A model generated the notes under the pieces. That model was not told the DNA's origin, did no database searches, and was given only the letters and a program-made list of their open reading frames with translations. From assembly GCA_013203315.1 (NCBI GenBank), contig JABMQJ010000016.1:4956-68955 (forward strand): DNA of 64,000 nucleotides, in the 5' to 3' direction. The position numbers were made by a program, and so were the translations under genes. Positions 35,510 through 43,433 of this stretch are shown in pieces (position 1 is the first letter of the stretch; the number at the start of each line of letters is the position of its first letter). Origin of the DNA: Candidatus Omnitrophota bacterium. Its GTDB lineage: Bacteria; Omnitrophota; Gorgyraeia; JABMRN01; RBG-13-46-9.

Positions 35510-37173
35510 AACTTGCCATAATACACGCCCTGAAAAATATTGCCGAAAAGACCGAAGCAGGCATTATGCCTGCGCCTATTAAAATCGAGCTTGAAATCCC
35601 GAGAGATTATAAACACGGCGACCTGACCACTAACATTGCCATGCGTCTTGCAAAGAGTTTTTCCGTAAACAGCGTAAAGTTAGCGGGCCTCGTTAAGGAT
35701 GAGCTCGAGCTCGCCTTCGGCGCTACGCGGCTCTCAGGCCTTATCGACAGGATTGAAGTGTCCCCTCCGGGCTTTATTAATTTTTGGTTTAGTAAAAATA
35801 GGCTCCATGACGTGCTTGGCGAGATCCGGGAGGAGGCCGGCAACTTCGGCAAAAACCCTCTCGGTAAAGGCGAAAAAGTTAACATAGAATTCGTAAGTGC
35901 AAATCCCACAGGCCCGCTTACCATAGCGCACGCAAGACAGGCTGCTGTAGGTGACGCGCTAGGCCGTATATTGGAATTTTCCGGATATAAAGTATGTAGG
36001 GAGTACTTTATTAATGACGTGGGCACGCAGATAGAACTTCTTGGAAAATCCATATACGCACGTTACGCATCCTTGCTTGGCCGAGATCCGGAATTCCCTG
36101 AAGACGGATATCACGGCGAATACATTAAAGATATTGCGAAAGCATTCAAGGAAATTTACGGAAATAAATTTTTGGAAGAAAACTCCAAAAATACGCAATT
36201 TATAGCGAAGTTCGGAGTTAAATCGATGTTAAAAGAGATACGCGCTGACTTGGAAGCTTTTCGCGTATCATTCGACAGATGGTCCAGCCAGCAGAAAATT
36301 TCTGCGGAAAAAATAAAAAATGCATTAAATAAACTGGAGAAAAAAGGGTACGTTTACAAAAAAGACGGCGCTGTCTGGTTTAAATCAACCGCTTTCGGGG
36401 ATGATAAAGACAGGGTAGTGGTGAAAAAAGACGGCTCGTATACTTATCTGGCGCCCGATATTGCCTATCATCTTGACAAATTCAAGAGAAAATTTAAAAA
36501 ATTGATTGATATATGGGGGCCGGACCATCACGGCTATATACCGAGGCTTGTGGCATCAATGGAGGCGTTTGGCCATAAGAAAGAAAGCATATCAATTCTT
36601 ATCGTGCAGCTTGCAACGCTATTCCGCGGCGGGGTCGCATTATCCATGTCTACGCGCAAAGGCGAATTTATAACGCTTAGAGAGGTCATAAAAGAGGTCG
36701 GTTGCGATGTCGCAAAATTCTTCTTCCTGATGCGAAAGCTCGACAGCCATCTTGACTTTGATTTGGAGGTCGCCAAGAAAAGTTCTCATGATAATCCGGT
36801 TTACTATATTCAGTACGCTCACGCGCGCATAGCCTCTATCCTGGATTTCAGCAAGAGCCTAAAAGGCGGCCTTAAAGCCGTAAGGTATGACGCCGGTCTC
36901 CTGGATCAACCGGAGGAGCTACTCATCTTGCGAATGCTATCGCAGTTTCCGCTTGCCGTGGAGGCAAGTGCCAAGTTACTCGAACCGTACCGCATGGTAA
37001 GTTTTTTAAACGACTTCGCGAAGGCGTTCCACAGTTTCTACACAAAATACAGGGTAGTTAGAGACGACGACTTGCCTCGCACCAAGGCGAGACTGGTTCT
37101 GGTTAACGGCGTAAAAACAGTCCTCGCCAACGGCTTGGGTCTTTTGGGTATCTCGTTTCCCGATCGAATGTAA
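35479..37173 (+). CDS. argS: Arginyl-tRNA synthetase
   Basis: HIGH-class motif region 'FVSANPTGPLTIAHARQAAVGDALGRIL', DALR anticodon-binding domain, C-terminal '...FPDRM'. Confidence 0.9.
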   Translation: MHITQIQKNLKLAIIHALKNIAEKTEAGIMPAPIKIELEIPRDYKHGDLTTNIAMRLAKSFSVNSVKLAGLVKDELELAFGATRLSGLIDRIEVSPPGFINFWFSKNRLHDVLGEIREEAGNFGKNPLGKGEKVNIEFVSANPTGPLTIAHARQAAVGDALGRILEFSGYKVCREYFINDVGTQIELLGKSIYARYASLLGRDPEFPEDGYHGEYIKDIAKAFKEIYGNKFLEENSKNTQFIAKFGVKSMLKEIRADLEAFRVSFDRWSSQQKISAEKIKNALNKLEKKGYVYKKDGAVWFKSTAFGDDKDRVVVKKDGSYTYLAPDIAYHLDKFKRKFKKLIDIWGPDHHGYIPRLVASMEAFGHKKESISILIVQLATLFRGGVALSMSTRKGEFITLREVIKEVGCDVAKFFFLMRKLDSHLDFDLEVAKKSSHDNPVYYIQYAHARIASILDFSKSLKGGLKAVRYDAGLLDQPEELLILRMLSQFPLAVEASAKLLEPYRMVSFLNDFAKAFHSFYTKYRVVRDDDLPRTKARLVLVNGVKTVLANGLGLLGISFPDRM

Positions 37174-37198
37174 CTTATTGCCTACCGAAAGCTAAACC

Positions 37199-39091
37199 AT
37201 GTTCGAAGCGCTGAAGATTTATAAGGGACAGGCTATTGACCTTGAGGAGACGTATCGCACCCTGACCGAGTTCGGGTATAAGAGGGTAGAAGCGATAACC
37301 GAAGAGGGCGACTTTAGCGCAAAGGGTGAAAACATTTTCGTATTTCCCGCCACTTTTGACTATCCCATTCGGATCGAATTGTTCCACAACGAAGTAGAAG
37401 GCATAAAAACCATCGACCCTGTATTGTACAAGGCCATATCGGACCATGAGATGGTTATTGTTCTGCCGATTAAGGGAATGCTCCGTAAGCGGAAATACAG
37501 GCCGCGTAAAATCCGCAAAGAAATCGACCCCATCGACACGTTTGTCGATATCGAGCCGTCTGATTACGTAGTCCACGTTGATTACGGTATTGGAAAATAC
37601 TTAGGCATTGAACGAATTAAGACAAAAACCGGCGCCGAAGACCATCTGGTCCTTGAGTACAAAGACGGCGACAAGTTATATGTGCCTTTTGAGGATCTGA
37701 ATAAAATCCAAAAATATATTGCCTTTGCCAAAAGGGCGCCGAAACTTTATAAAATCGGAAGCCGCAAATGGTCGCAGGCCAAGGAGCGTGCCCGTAAAAG
37801 CGTTGCGAGGGTAGCGTTTGAAATTCTGGAAATTCAGGCCAAAAGAAATATGCTGAACGGGTTTTCGTATTCCGGGGATACCGACTGGCAAGGCCTTCTG
37901 GAAGAATCGTTCCCACATAAAGAAACGAAAGACCAGATTAGGGCTACCGAGGAATTAAAAAAAGACATGGAGAGAAAAAAGCCCATGGATCGTCTCCTGT
38001 GCGGTGATGTGGGATACGGTAAAACCGAAGTGGCTTTGAGAGCCGCATTCAAGGCTGTTATGGACAATAAGCAGGTGGCAATTCTCGTTCCTACTACGAT
38101 TTTAGCCGAGCAACACTATATAACTTTCAAAGGGCGCATGAAGGAGTTTCCCGTAAATATCGCGATGCTAAGCAGATTTAGAACAAAGGGCGAGCAAGAT
38201 GTTGTTGTTGAGGACCTGCGCTGTGGCAGGGTAGATATTGTGGTCGGAACGCATAGGCTGCTTTCAAAAGACGTAAGCTTTGGCGACTTGGGGCTTGTTA
38301 TAATCGATGAGGAGCAGCGCTTCGGCGTAAAACACAAAGAAGAACTAAAGAGGCTTCGGCTTGTTGTCGATGTTCTAACACTTACCGCTACACCCATTCC
38401 GCGCACGTTATATCTTGCGCTCATGGGCGGAAGAGACATATCCGTTATCGATACGCCGCCGCTTGAAAGGCACCCCATCCAGACGCACATAACAGAGTTT
38501 GACGAGCAACTCGTAAAAAAATCCATAAAGCGTGAAATAGCAAGAAAGGGCCAAGTATATTTTATTCACAATAGGGTCCAGGGCATAGAAAAAGTATGCC
38601 AGCGTTTGAGGGGGATGCTGCCGGATATACGCATTACAATCGCACACGGCCAGATGAAAGAAAAAGAGCTGGAAAAAACAATGGGCGAGTTCATAAAAGG
38701 AAATATCGATGTTCTTGTCTGCACTACAATTATAGAATCCGGGATAGATATACCGAACGCAAATACAATTCTTATTAATAACGCTGACAGATTTGGGCTT
38801 GCAGATCTATATCAATTGCGCGGTAGGGTCGGGAGGTTCACAAGGCGCGCATTTTGTTACCTCATAGTAAACCATATTCAAACCCTGACGGGCGATGTTC
38901 AAAGGCGGCTTAATACAATAACGAAATATCAAGAGCTGGGGTCCGGCTTCAAAATCGCTATGCAGGACCTGGAGATCCGGGGTGCCGGCAATCTCCTGGG
39001 CACCCAGCAGCACGGCTTCATTGACAGTGTCGGCTTCGACCTTTACTGCCGCCTCCTCCGCGACGCCATCAGCGCGGTCAAAGCAAAGTAA
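37199..39091 (+). CDS. mfd: Transcription-repair coupling factor Mfd, short form (630 aa) lacking the N-terminal UvrA-binding module and the D7 region
   Basis: UvrB-homology remnant 'IFVFPATFDYPIRIELFHNEVEGIKTID', CarD/TRCF RNAP-interaction domain 'DYVVHVDYGIGKYLGIERIKT', Mfd-specific helicase motif I 'PMDRLLCGDVGYGKTEVALRAAF', DEEQ box 'LVIIDEEQRFG', motif VI 'QLRGRVGR'. Protein ends shortly after the TRG region. Confidence 0.8.
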   Translation: MFEALKIYKGQAIDLEETYRTLTEFGYKRVEAITEEGDFSAKGENIFVFPATFDYPIRIELFHNEVEGIKTIDPVLYKAISDHEMVIVLPIKGMLRKRKYRPRKIRKEIDPIDTFVDIEPSDYVVHVDYGIGKYLGIERIKTKTGAEDHLVLEYKDGDKLYVPFEDLNKIQKYIAFAKRAPKLYKIGSRKWSQAKERARKSVARVAFEILEIQAKRNMLNGFSYSGDTDWQGLLEESFPHKETKDQIRATEELKKDMERKKPMDRLLCGDVGYGKTEVALRAAFKAVMDNKQVAILVPTTILAEQHYITFKGRMKEFPVNIAMLSRFRTKGEQDVVVEDLRCGRVDIVVGTHRLLSKDVSFGDLGLVIIDEEQRFGVKHKEELKRLRLVVDVLTLTATPIPRTLYLALMGGRDISVIDTPPLERHPIQTHITEFDEQLVKKSIKREIARKGQVYFIHNRVQGIEKVCQRLRGMLPDIRITIAHGQMKEKELEKTMGEFIKGNIDVLVCTTIIESGIDIPNANTILINNADRFGLADLYQLRGRVGRFTRRAFCYLIVNHIQTLTGDVQRRLNTITKYQELGSGFKIAMQDLEIRGAGNLLGTQQHGFIDSVGFDLYCRLLRDAISAVKAK

Positions 39092-39170
39092 ATCTTTCTC
39101 TTTATAAGAAGCAAGAGACGTAATTCCTTTCCTCGCAACCAGAAGCTTGTGCGGCATGCTATATTCTAAC

Positions 39171-39328
39171 GAATGAGAGAGTATGGGCGTGAGGCTTTTT
39201 TGTGCGGTCTTGTAGGAGACCCTTTCTTTCCGCAATAATAAATATAAACATACACCTTACTACAATTTTTTGAAGAAGAAAGGGCTCCGTCGTTAAGTAC
39301 CAAGCCGCACGCCAATACTCTCTCATTC
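39171..39328. repeat. ~158-bp palindromic intergenic element, copy A (long imperfect hairpin with conserved core)
   Basis: Outer arms 'gaatgagagagtatgggcgtgaggc' (39171-39195) and 'gccgcacgccaatactctctcattc' (39304-39328) are reverse complements (2 mismatches). Inner arms 'ggagaccctttctttcc' / 'gaagaagaaagggctcc'. Core 'aataataaata-aaca--c-ttactacaattttttgaagaagaaag' is shared with copy B at 63448-63604. Confidence 0.7.
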
Positions 39329-39365
39329 CGTTAGTTTTTATCTCAATCTTTTAAGGCATTTAGGC

Positions 39366-39394
39366 TTGCATATAAGAGAGTATTATGATATATT
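39366..39394 (+). promoter_or_regulatory. Putative promoter upstream of the first PPIase gene (TTGCAT-17-TATATT), possibly producing a leaderless mRNA
   Basis: TTGCAT 39366-39371, 17-nt spacer, TATATT 39389-39394. The ATG at 39402 lies 7 nt downstream of the -10 with no obvious SD. Confidence 0.3.
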
Positions 39395-39401
39395 TAGTGT
39401 C

Positions 39402-40280
39402 ATGAAAAGAAACATAATTTCGCTGATATTCGCTGTCTATCTTGTAGCGCTTTTTGCGGGCGGGTGTGGTAGCCGCGGAGACAATGAGGTGTTGGCGCGT
39501 ATTGACAATAAACGCACTATTACTGTCGGCGATTTCAATAATAGAATCAAGCAGCTACCCGAGCGTTACCAGGAAGTTATAAATCAAAACAAGAAGGCTT
39601 TTTTGGATGAGCTTATCGTAGACGCTGTATTGCATAAAGAAGCCTTAAAGCAAAAAGTGTACGAAAACGAAGAAGTTAAGGAAATGATCGGTGAGGCCAC
39701 GAAAAAGATTTTAATTGCGCGCTTATTAAAAGAGGAAGTCGGCGATAAAGTTACGGTAACCGAAGAAGAGGTTGAGACTTACTACGGCGAGAACAGGGAG
39801 CAGTTTACAGCGCCTGAGTTGCTACGCGCTTCTCATATTCTTGTAAAAACCGAGAAGGAAGCCAAGGGCATTTTGGCAGAACTGGCAAACGGCAGAAATT
39901 TTGAAGACCTGGCAAAGGCGCGTTCAATAGATTCTTCGGCTAAAAACGGTGGCGATATCGGTTCTTTCACCAGGCAGCAGCTGGTGCCGGAATTCGAAGA
40001 GGCCAGTTTTAGCTTGCAGGTCGGTGAAATATCAGGTATCGTGAAGACAAAATTCGGATACCATATCATCAAGCTTACAGAGCGAAAAGAGCCACGCGTA
40101 AAAGAACTTGCCGAGGTACACGCTGCAATCGAACAATCTTTCAAAAGGCATAAAGGCAAGCAGCGTTTTACCGAATTCGTAAAAGACCTTAAAGAGAAAT
40201 CCAAAATAACCATCAATACAGACCTCCTAGAAAACATATCCCAGGAAGAAGAATCCCCTAAAGAAAAACCCGAAGAATAA
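39402..40280 (+). CDS. Parvulin-type peptidyl-prolyl isomerase lipoprotein (PrsA/SurA-like)
   Basis: Signal peptide with lipobox-like 'LFAGGCG', SurA_N-like chaperone region, parvulin domain 'RASHILVKTEKEAKGILAEL...GGDIGSFTRQQLVPEFEEASFSL..GEISGIVKTKFGYHIIKL'. Start at the ATG 39402 (the track's 39366 start is the promoter region). Confidence 0.75.
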   Translation: MKRNIISLIFAVYLVALFAGGCGSRGDNEVLARIDNKRTITVGDFNNRIKQLPERYQEVINQNKKAFLDELIVDAVLHKEALKQKVYENEEVKEMIGEATKKILIARLLKEEVGDKVTVTEEEVETYYGENREQFTAPELLRASHILVKTEKEAKGILAELANGRNFEDLAKARSIDSSAKNGGDIGSFTRQQLVPEFEEASFSLQVGEISGIVKTKFGYHIIKLTERKEPRVKELAEVHAAIEQSFKRHKGKQRFTEFVKDLKEKSKITINTDLLENISQEEESPKEKPEE

Positions 40281-40283
40281 GAC

Positions 40284-41258
40284 ATGCCAGAAAGAGCACG
40301 GTTCGTTTTTAGTAAAGTGACGCTTGTGTTTGTAGCGGCGTTTTTATTCTGCGCGGCTCCATCCGCGTTCACTGAAGTGGTAGACAAGATACTTGTTATC
40401 GTAAACGATGAAATTATCACGCAGGGTGAAGTGGACAGGATCCTGATACCCATATATATTCAATACAAAAATTTGTACAGTGGACAGGAACTCACAGAAA
40501 AACTTGATGAGGTGAGGAGTAATGTCGTTTCCAGGCTCGTCCAGGATATGCTTCTCTTGTCCGAAGCAAAAAAAAGAGAAGTAGTGGTTACAGACGAAGA
40601 AGTTGAGCAAAGGATTGAGGAAATTAAGAAAAATTTTTCGAGCGAAGAGGAGTTTGAACGGGCCCTCGCAGCAGAAGATATAGCCCTGGGGTCCCTTAAA
40701 AAGAAGCATAGAGAGCGAATCATGATAGATAAGATCATAGACGCAGAAATCAGGCATAAGATTTCGGTTTCACCAAGCGAGCTCGTGGAATTTTACGAAA
40801 CTAATAAAGAAAAATTTCGTGAACCGCAAAAAGTAAAAGTGAAATCCATCCTCATAAAGGTAAGCGAGGAACGCCCGGAAAAAAAATCGCTGAAACTGGC
40901 AAAAACGGTTTTGCGTAGACTTAAGGAAGGCGGTGATTTTGGGCTACTGGCAAAAGAATATTCAGACGGACCGTATGCGGAATCCGGCGGCCAAATGGGA
41001 TGGGTGAGAGAAGGGGAGCTAATGGACAAGTTGAACGACCTCGTTTTTAGCCTGGATGAAAACGAGACGTCAGGTATTTTAAAAACAAAATTGGGGTTTC
41101 ATATATTTCTGGTTGAGGAAAAAGAGCCGTCTAGTACCATGGACTTTAACAAGGCAAAGCCCAGAGTTGAGCAGATTACGCTCAACAAAAAAATACAGGA
41201 CAAGCTTGGGCAATGGATAGAGAGCCTGAAAAAGGATGCATACATCGCGTTTAGGTAA
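40284..41258 (+). CDS. surA: Periplasmic chaperone/PPIase SurA-like
   Basis: Signal peptide, SurA N-terminal chaperone domain ('VDKILVIVNDEIITQGEVDR'), one parvulin domain ('KVKSILIKVSE...GGDFGLLAKEYSDGPYAESGGQMGWVREGEL...GFHIFLVEEK'). The surA-pdxA-rsmA order matches the E. coli operon. Confidence 0.75.
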   Translation: MPERARFVFSKVTLVFVAAFLFCAAPSAFTEVVDKILVIVNDEIITQGEVDRILIPIYIQYKNLYSGQELTEKLDEVRSNVVSRLVQDMLLLSEAKKREVVVTDEEVEQRIEEIKKNFSSEEEFERALAAEDIALGSLKKKHRERIMIDKIIDAEIRHKISVSPSELVEFYETNKEKFREPQKVKVKSILIKVSEERPEKKSLKLAKTVLRRLKEGGDFGLLAKEYSDGPYAESGGQMGWVREGELMDKLNDLVFSLDENETSGILKTKLGFHIFLVEEKEPSSTMDFNKAKPRVEQITLNKKIQDKLGQWIESLKKDAYIAFR

Positions 41259-42273
41259 AAAACTTGTTGTCATAACATCCGGTGACCCTGCAGGAATCGG
41301 TCCGGAAATAATCCTAAAATCACTTGCCGGTTTTTCGTCTTCCAAAAAAATACGCCAGCCTTTCGGTGCAAGCCACGCATTCACTCCGCTCGTTATAGGC
41401 GACTACAAGGTGTTTCAAAGGATTGCGAAAATATCTAAAATCGACATTTCTTCAATTCTACCCAGGCGGCCTGGAAATTTCGGAATAAAAGAAGGCCTTA
41501 TTAATTTTATAGACCTGAGGAATGTTCCCCGCGGCAAAATATTTTTTGGAAAAACGAATAAGATTTACGGCAAAGCCGCAATGGAATACGTTTCATGCGG
41601 CGCTTTGATTGCCAGGTCATTTAAGGGCGCATCCCTTGTAACTGCTCCTATCAATAAGGCGTCAATAGCAAAAGCGGGTTTTAGTTTCGCCGGGCACACA
41701 GAGTTCCTTTCGCATGTTACGAAATCAAAAAAAGTTACAATGATGTTAGTCGGAGGCCCATTACGGGTGAGCCTTGTTTCCAGGCACGTCGCGATTAAAA
41801 ACGTAGCAAAATCCATTACAAAAACCGAAATCGTAAAAACACTCCAAAATACCAGCTATGCGCTTAAAAAGTTTTTCAAAATATCTTGCCCGAAAATTGG
41901 CATCGCGGGCCTTAATCCTCACGCAGGTGAGTCCGGAGTTTTGGGGCAGGAGGAAAGAACCGTCATATCTCCGGCCGTAACCTATGTGAAAAAGAAAATA
42001 AAAAATTCAAAATTCATAGGGCCTCTCCCGGCAGATACGCTTTTTTACAAGGCATACAGGGGCGACCTTGATGCCGTTTGCTGCATGTATCATGACCAGG
42101 GACTCATACCCCTTAAAATGGTGGCATTTGAAAAAGGGGTGAACCTTACAATAGGCCTTCCATTTATCCGCACATCCCCGGATCACGGTACGGGATTTGA
42201 TATTGCCGGACGCGACAAGGCAAACCCGTCCTCCATGATCGAGGCGATAAAACTGGCGGTCGAGTTGTGCTGA
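41236..42273 (+). CDS. pdxA: 4-hydroxythreonine-4-phosphate dehydrogenase
   Basis: 'LVVITSGDPAGIGPEI' N-terminus, 'GLNPHAGE' and 'GHTEFL' metal-binding motifs. Confidence 0.85.
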   Translation: MHTSRLGKKLVVITSGDPAGIGPEIILKSLAGFSSSKKIRQPFGASHAFTPLVIGDYKVFQRIAKISKIDISSILPRRPGNFGIKEGLINFIDLRNVPRGKIFFGKTNKIYGKAAMEYVSCGALIARSFKGASLVTAPINKASIAKAGFSFAGHTEFLSHVTKSKKVTMMLVGGPLRVSLVSRHVAIKNVAKSITKTEIVKTLQNTSYALKKFFKISCPKIGIAGLNPHAGESGVLGQEERTVISPAVTYVKKKIKNSKFIGPLPADTLFYKAYRGDLDAVCCMYHDQGLIPLKMVAFEKGVNLTIGLPFIRTSPDHGTGFDIAGRDKANPSSMIEAIKLAVELC

Positions 42274-43091
42274 CGAAAACGGAACTAAAAACGCTTTGGG
42301 GCAAACACGATTTTAGACCGATTAAGCGCCTGGGCCAAAACTTCCTCATTGATAAAAACATAAAAGAAAAAATTTTAAACAATATAGAGCTTGAGTCCGA
42401 CGACATCGTTATAGAAATAGGTGCGGGGTTTGCCGAAATCACTTTAGACTTAGCAGGGCGGGCAAAAAAAGTTTTTGCTTTTGAAAAAGACAAAAAAATC
42501 GTTGCTATTCTTAAGGGCGCATTCTCCTTACCCTCCAACATTACGCTACTTCAAGAAGATTTCCTGGATGCTGATATAAAGAAAATTGCCCCGTGCGGGA
42601 AAATAGTTGTCTACGGAAATATACCATATTTTGTAACGAGCCCCATAATTGAAAAACTGATAAAAAACATTTCGTTAATAAAAGACATATATCTTCTCAT
42701 GCAGCGGGAGGTTGCGGATCGGATTATGGCTGTACCCGGCTCAAGAGAAATCGGCCGCCTTAGCTTGTATGTCCAGTACTATACCGAGCCGAAATGCGTG
42801 TTTAAAGTCGGGAAAGACGCATTTTATCCCGCGCCCAAAGTTGAATCTACTCTTTTAAGATTGGCCCCTCTGCCAAACAGGCGCGTTCGAGTTAAAGATG
42901 AAAGCGTTTTGTTTGAGATTATAAAAAAAGCCTATAGCCAGAGGCGAAAAACCATCTTAAATTCGCTTTCCGGAAAGGGTATAGAGAAAGAAAGGGTGTT
43001 AAGTTGCCTTAGAAGCGCTAATATCGATCCTTTTTCGCGCGCCGAAGACCTGTCCTTGCAGGACTTTGCGCTCTTGGCAGATACTCTTTGA
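42267..43091 (+). CDS. rsmA: 16S rRNA (adenine1518/1519-N6)-dimethyltransferase RsmA/KsgA
   Basis: 'LGQNFLIDKNI' signature, SAM-binding 'VIEIGAGFAEIT', 'GNIPYFVTSPII'. Confidence 0.9.
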   Translation: MLTKTELKTLWGKHDFRPIKRLGQNFLIDKNIKEKILNNIELESDDIVIEIGAGFAEITLDLAGRAKKVFAFEKDKKIVAILKGAFSLPSNITLLQEDFLDADIKKIAPCGKIVVYGNIPYFVTSPIIEKLIKNISLIKDIYLLMQREVADRIMAVPGSREIGRLSLYVQYYTEPKCVFKVGKDAFYPAPKVESTLLRLAPLPNRRVRVKDESVLFEIIKKAYSQRRKTILNSLSGKGIEKERVLSCLRSANIDPFSRAEDLSLQDFALLADTL

Positions 43092-43129
43092 ATTGACAAA
43101 CCTTATTATATATGGTAATTTAATGCAAT

Positions 43130-43432
43130 ATGGCGAATACAAAAGCAATAGATAAAAAAACGGTTGAACACGTAGCCAGACTGGCGCGTGTTAATTTATC
43201 GGCGCAGGAGATAGGGATTTACAAGAAACAGTTGGCCGACATCCTGGAATATATAAACAAGTTAGGCAAGGTAGACGTTAAAAACACTCTTCCCACCAGC
43301 CACCCCATAGGGAAAATGAAAAACGTATTTAGGAAAGACAATATGAAGAAATCTCTTCCCGTAGAAGATGTTCTCCGTAACGCACCCAATAAAAAGGACA
43401 GCCTCTTTATTGTTCCTAAAATAATCGGATAA
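43130..43432 (+). CDS. gatC: Asp-tRNA(Asn)/Glu-tRNA(Gln) amidotransferase subunit C
   Basis: 100 aa, 'VEHVARLARVNLSAQEIGIYKKQLADILEYINKL' typical GatC. Confidence 0.85.
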   Translation: MANTKAIDKKTVEHVARLARVNLSAQEIGIYKKQLADILEYINKLGKVDVKNTLPTSHPIGKMKNVFRKDNMKKSLPVEDVLRNAPNKKDSLFIVPKIIG

Positions 43433-43433
43433 T

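Noticed and set aside
39171-39328. Interpretation of the twin palindromic elements as 6S RNA genes
   Set aside because: The rod-like hairpin with internal loops is superficially 6S-like. However I cannot identify the conserved 6S central-bubble/closing-stem features by eye. One copy overlaps a stop codon and neither is near the usual 6S neighbourhood. Kept as an open hypothesis only, not as a call.
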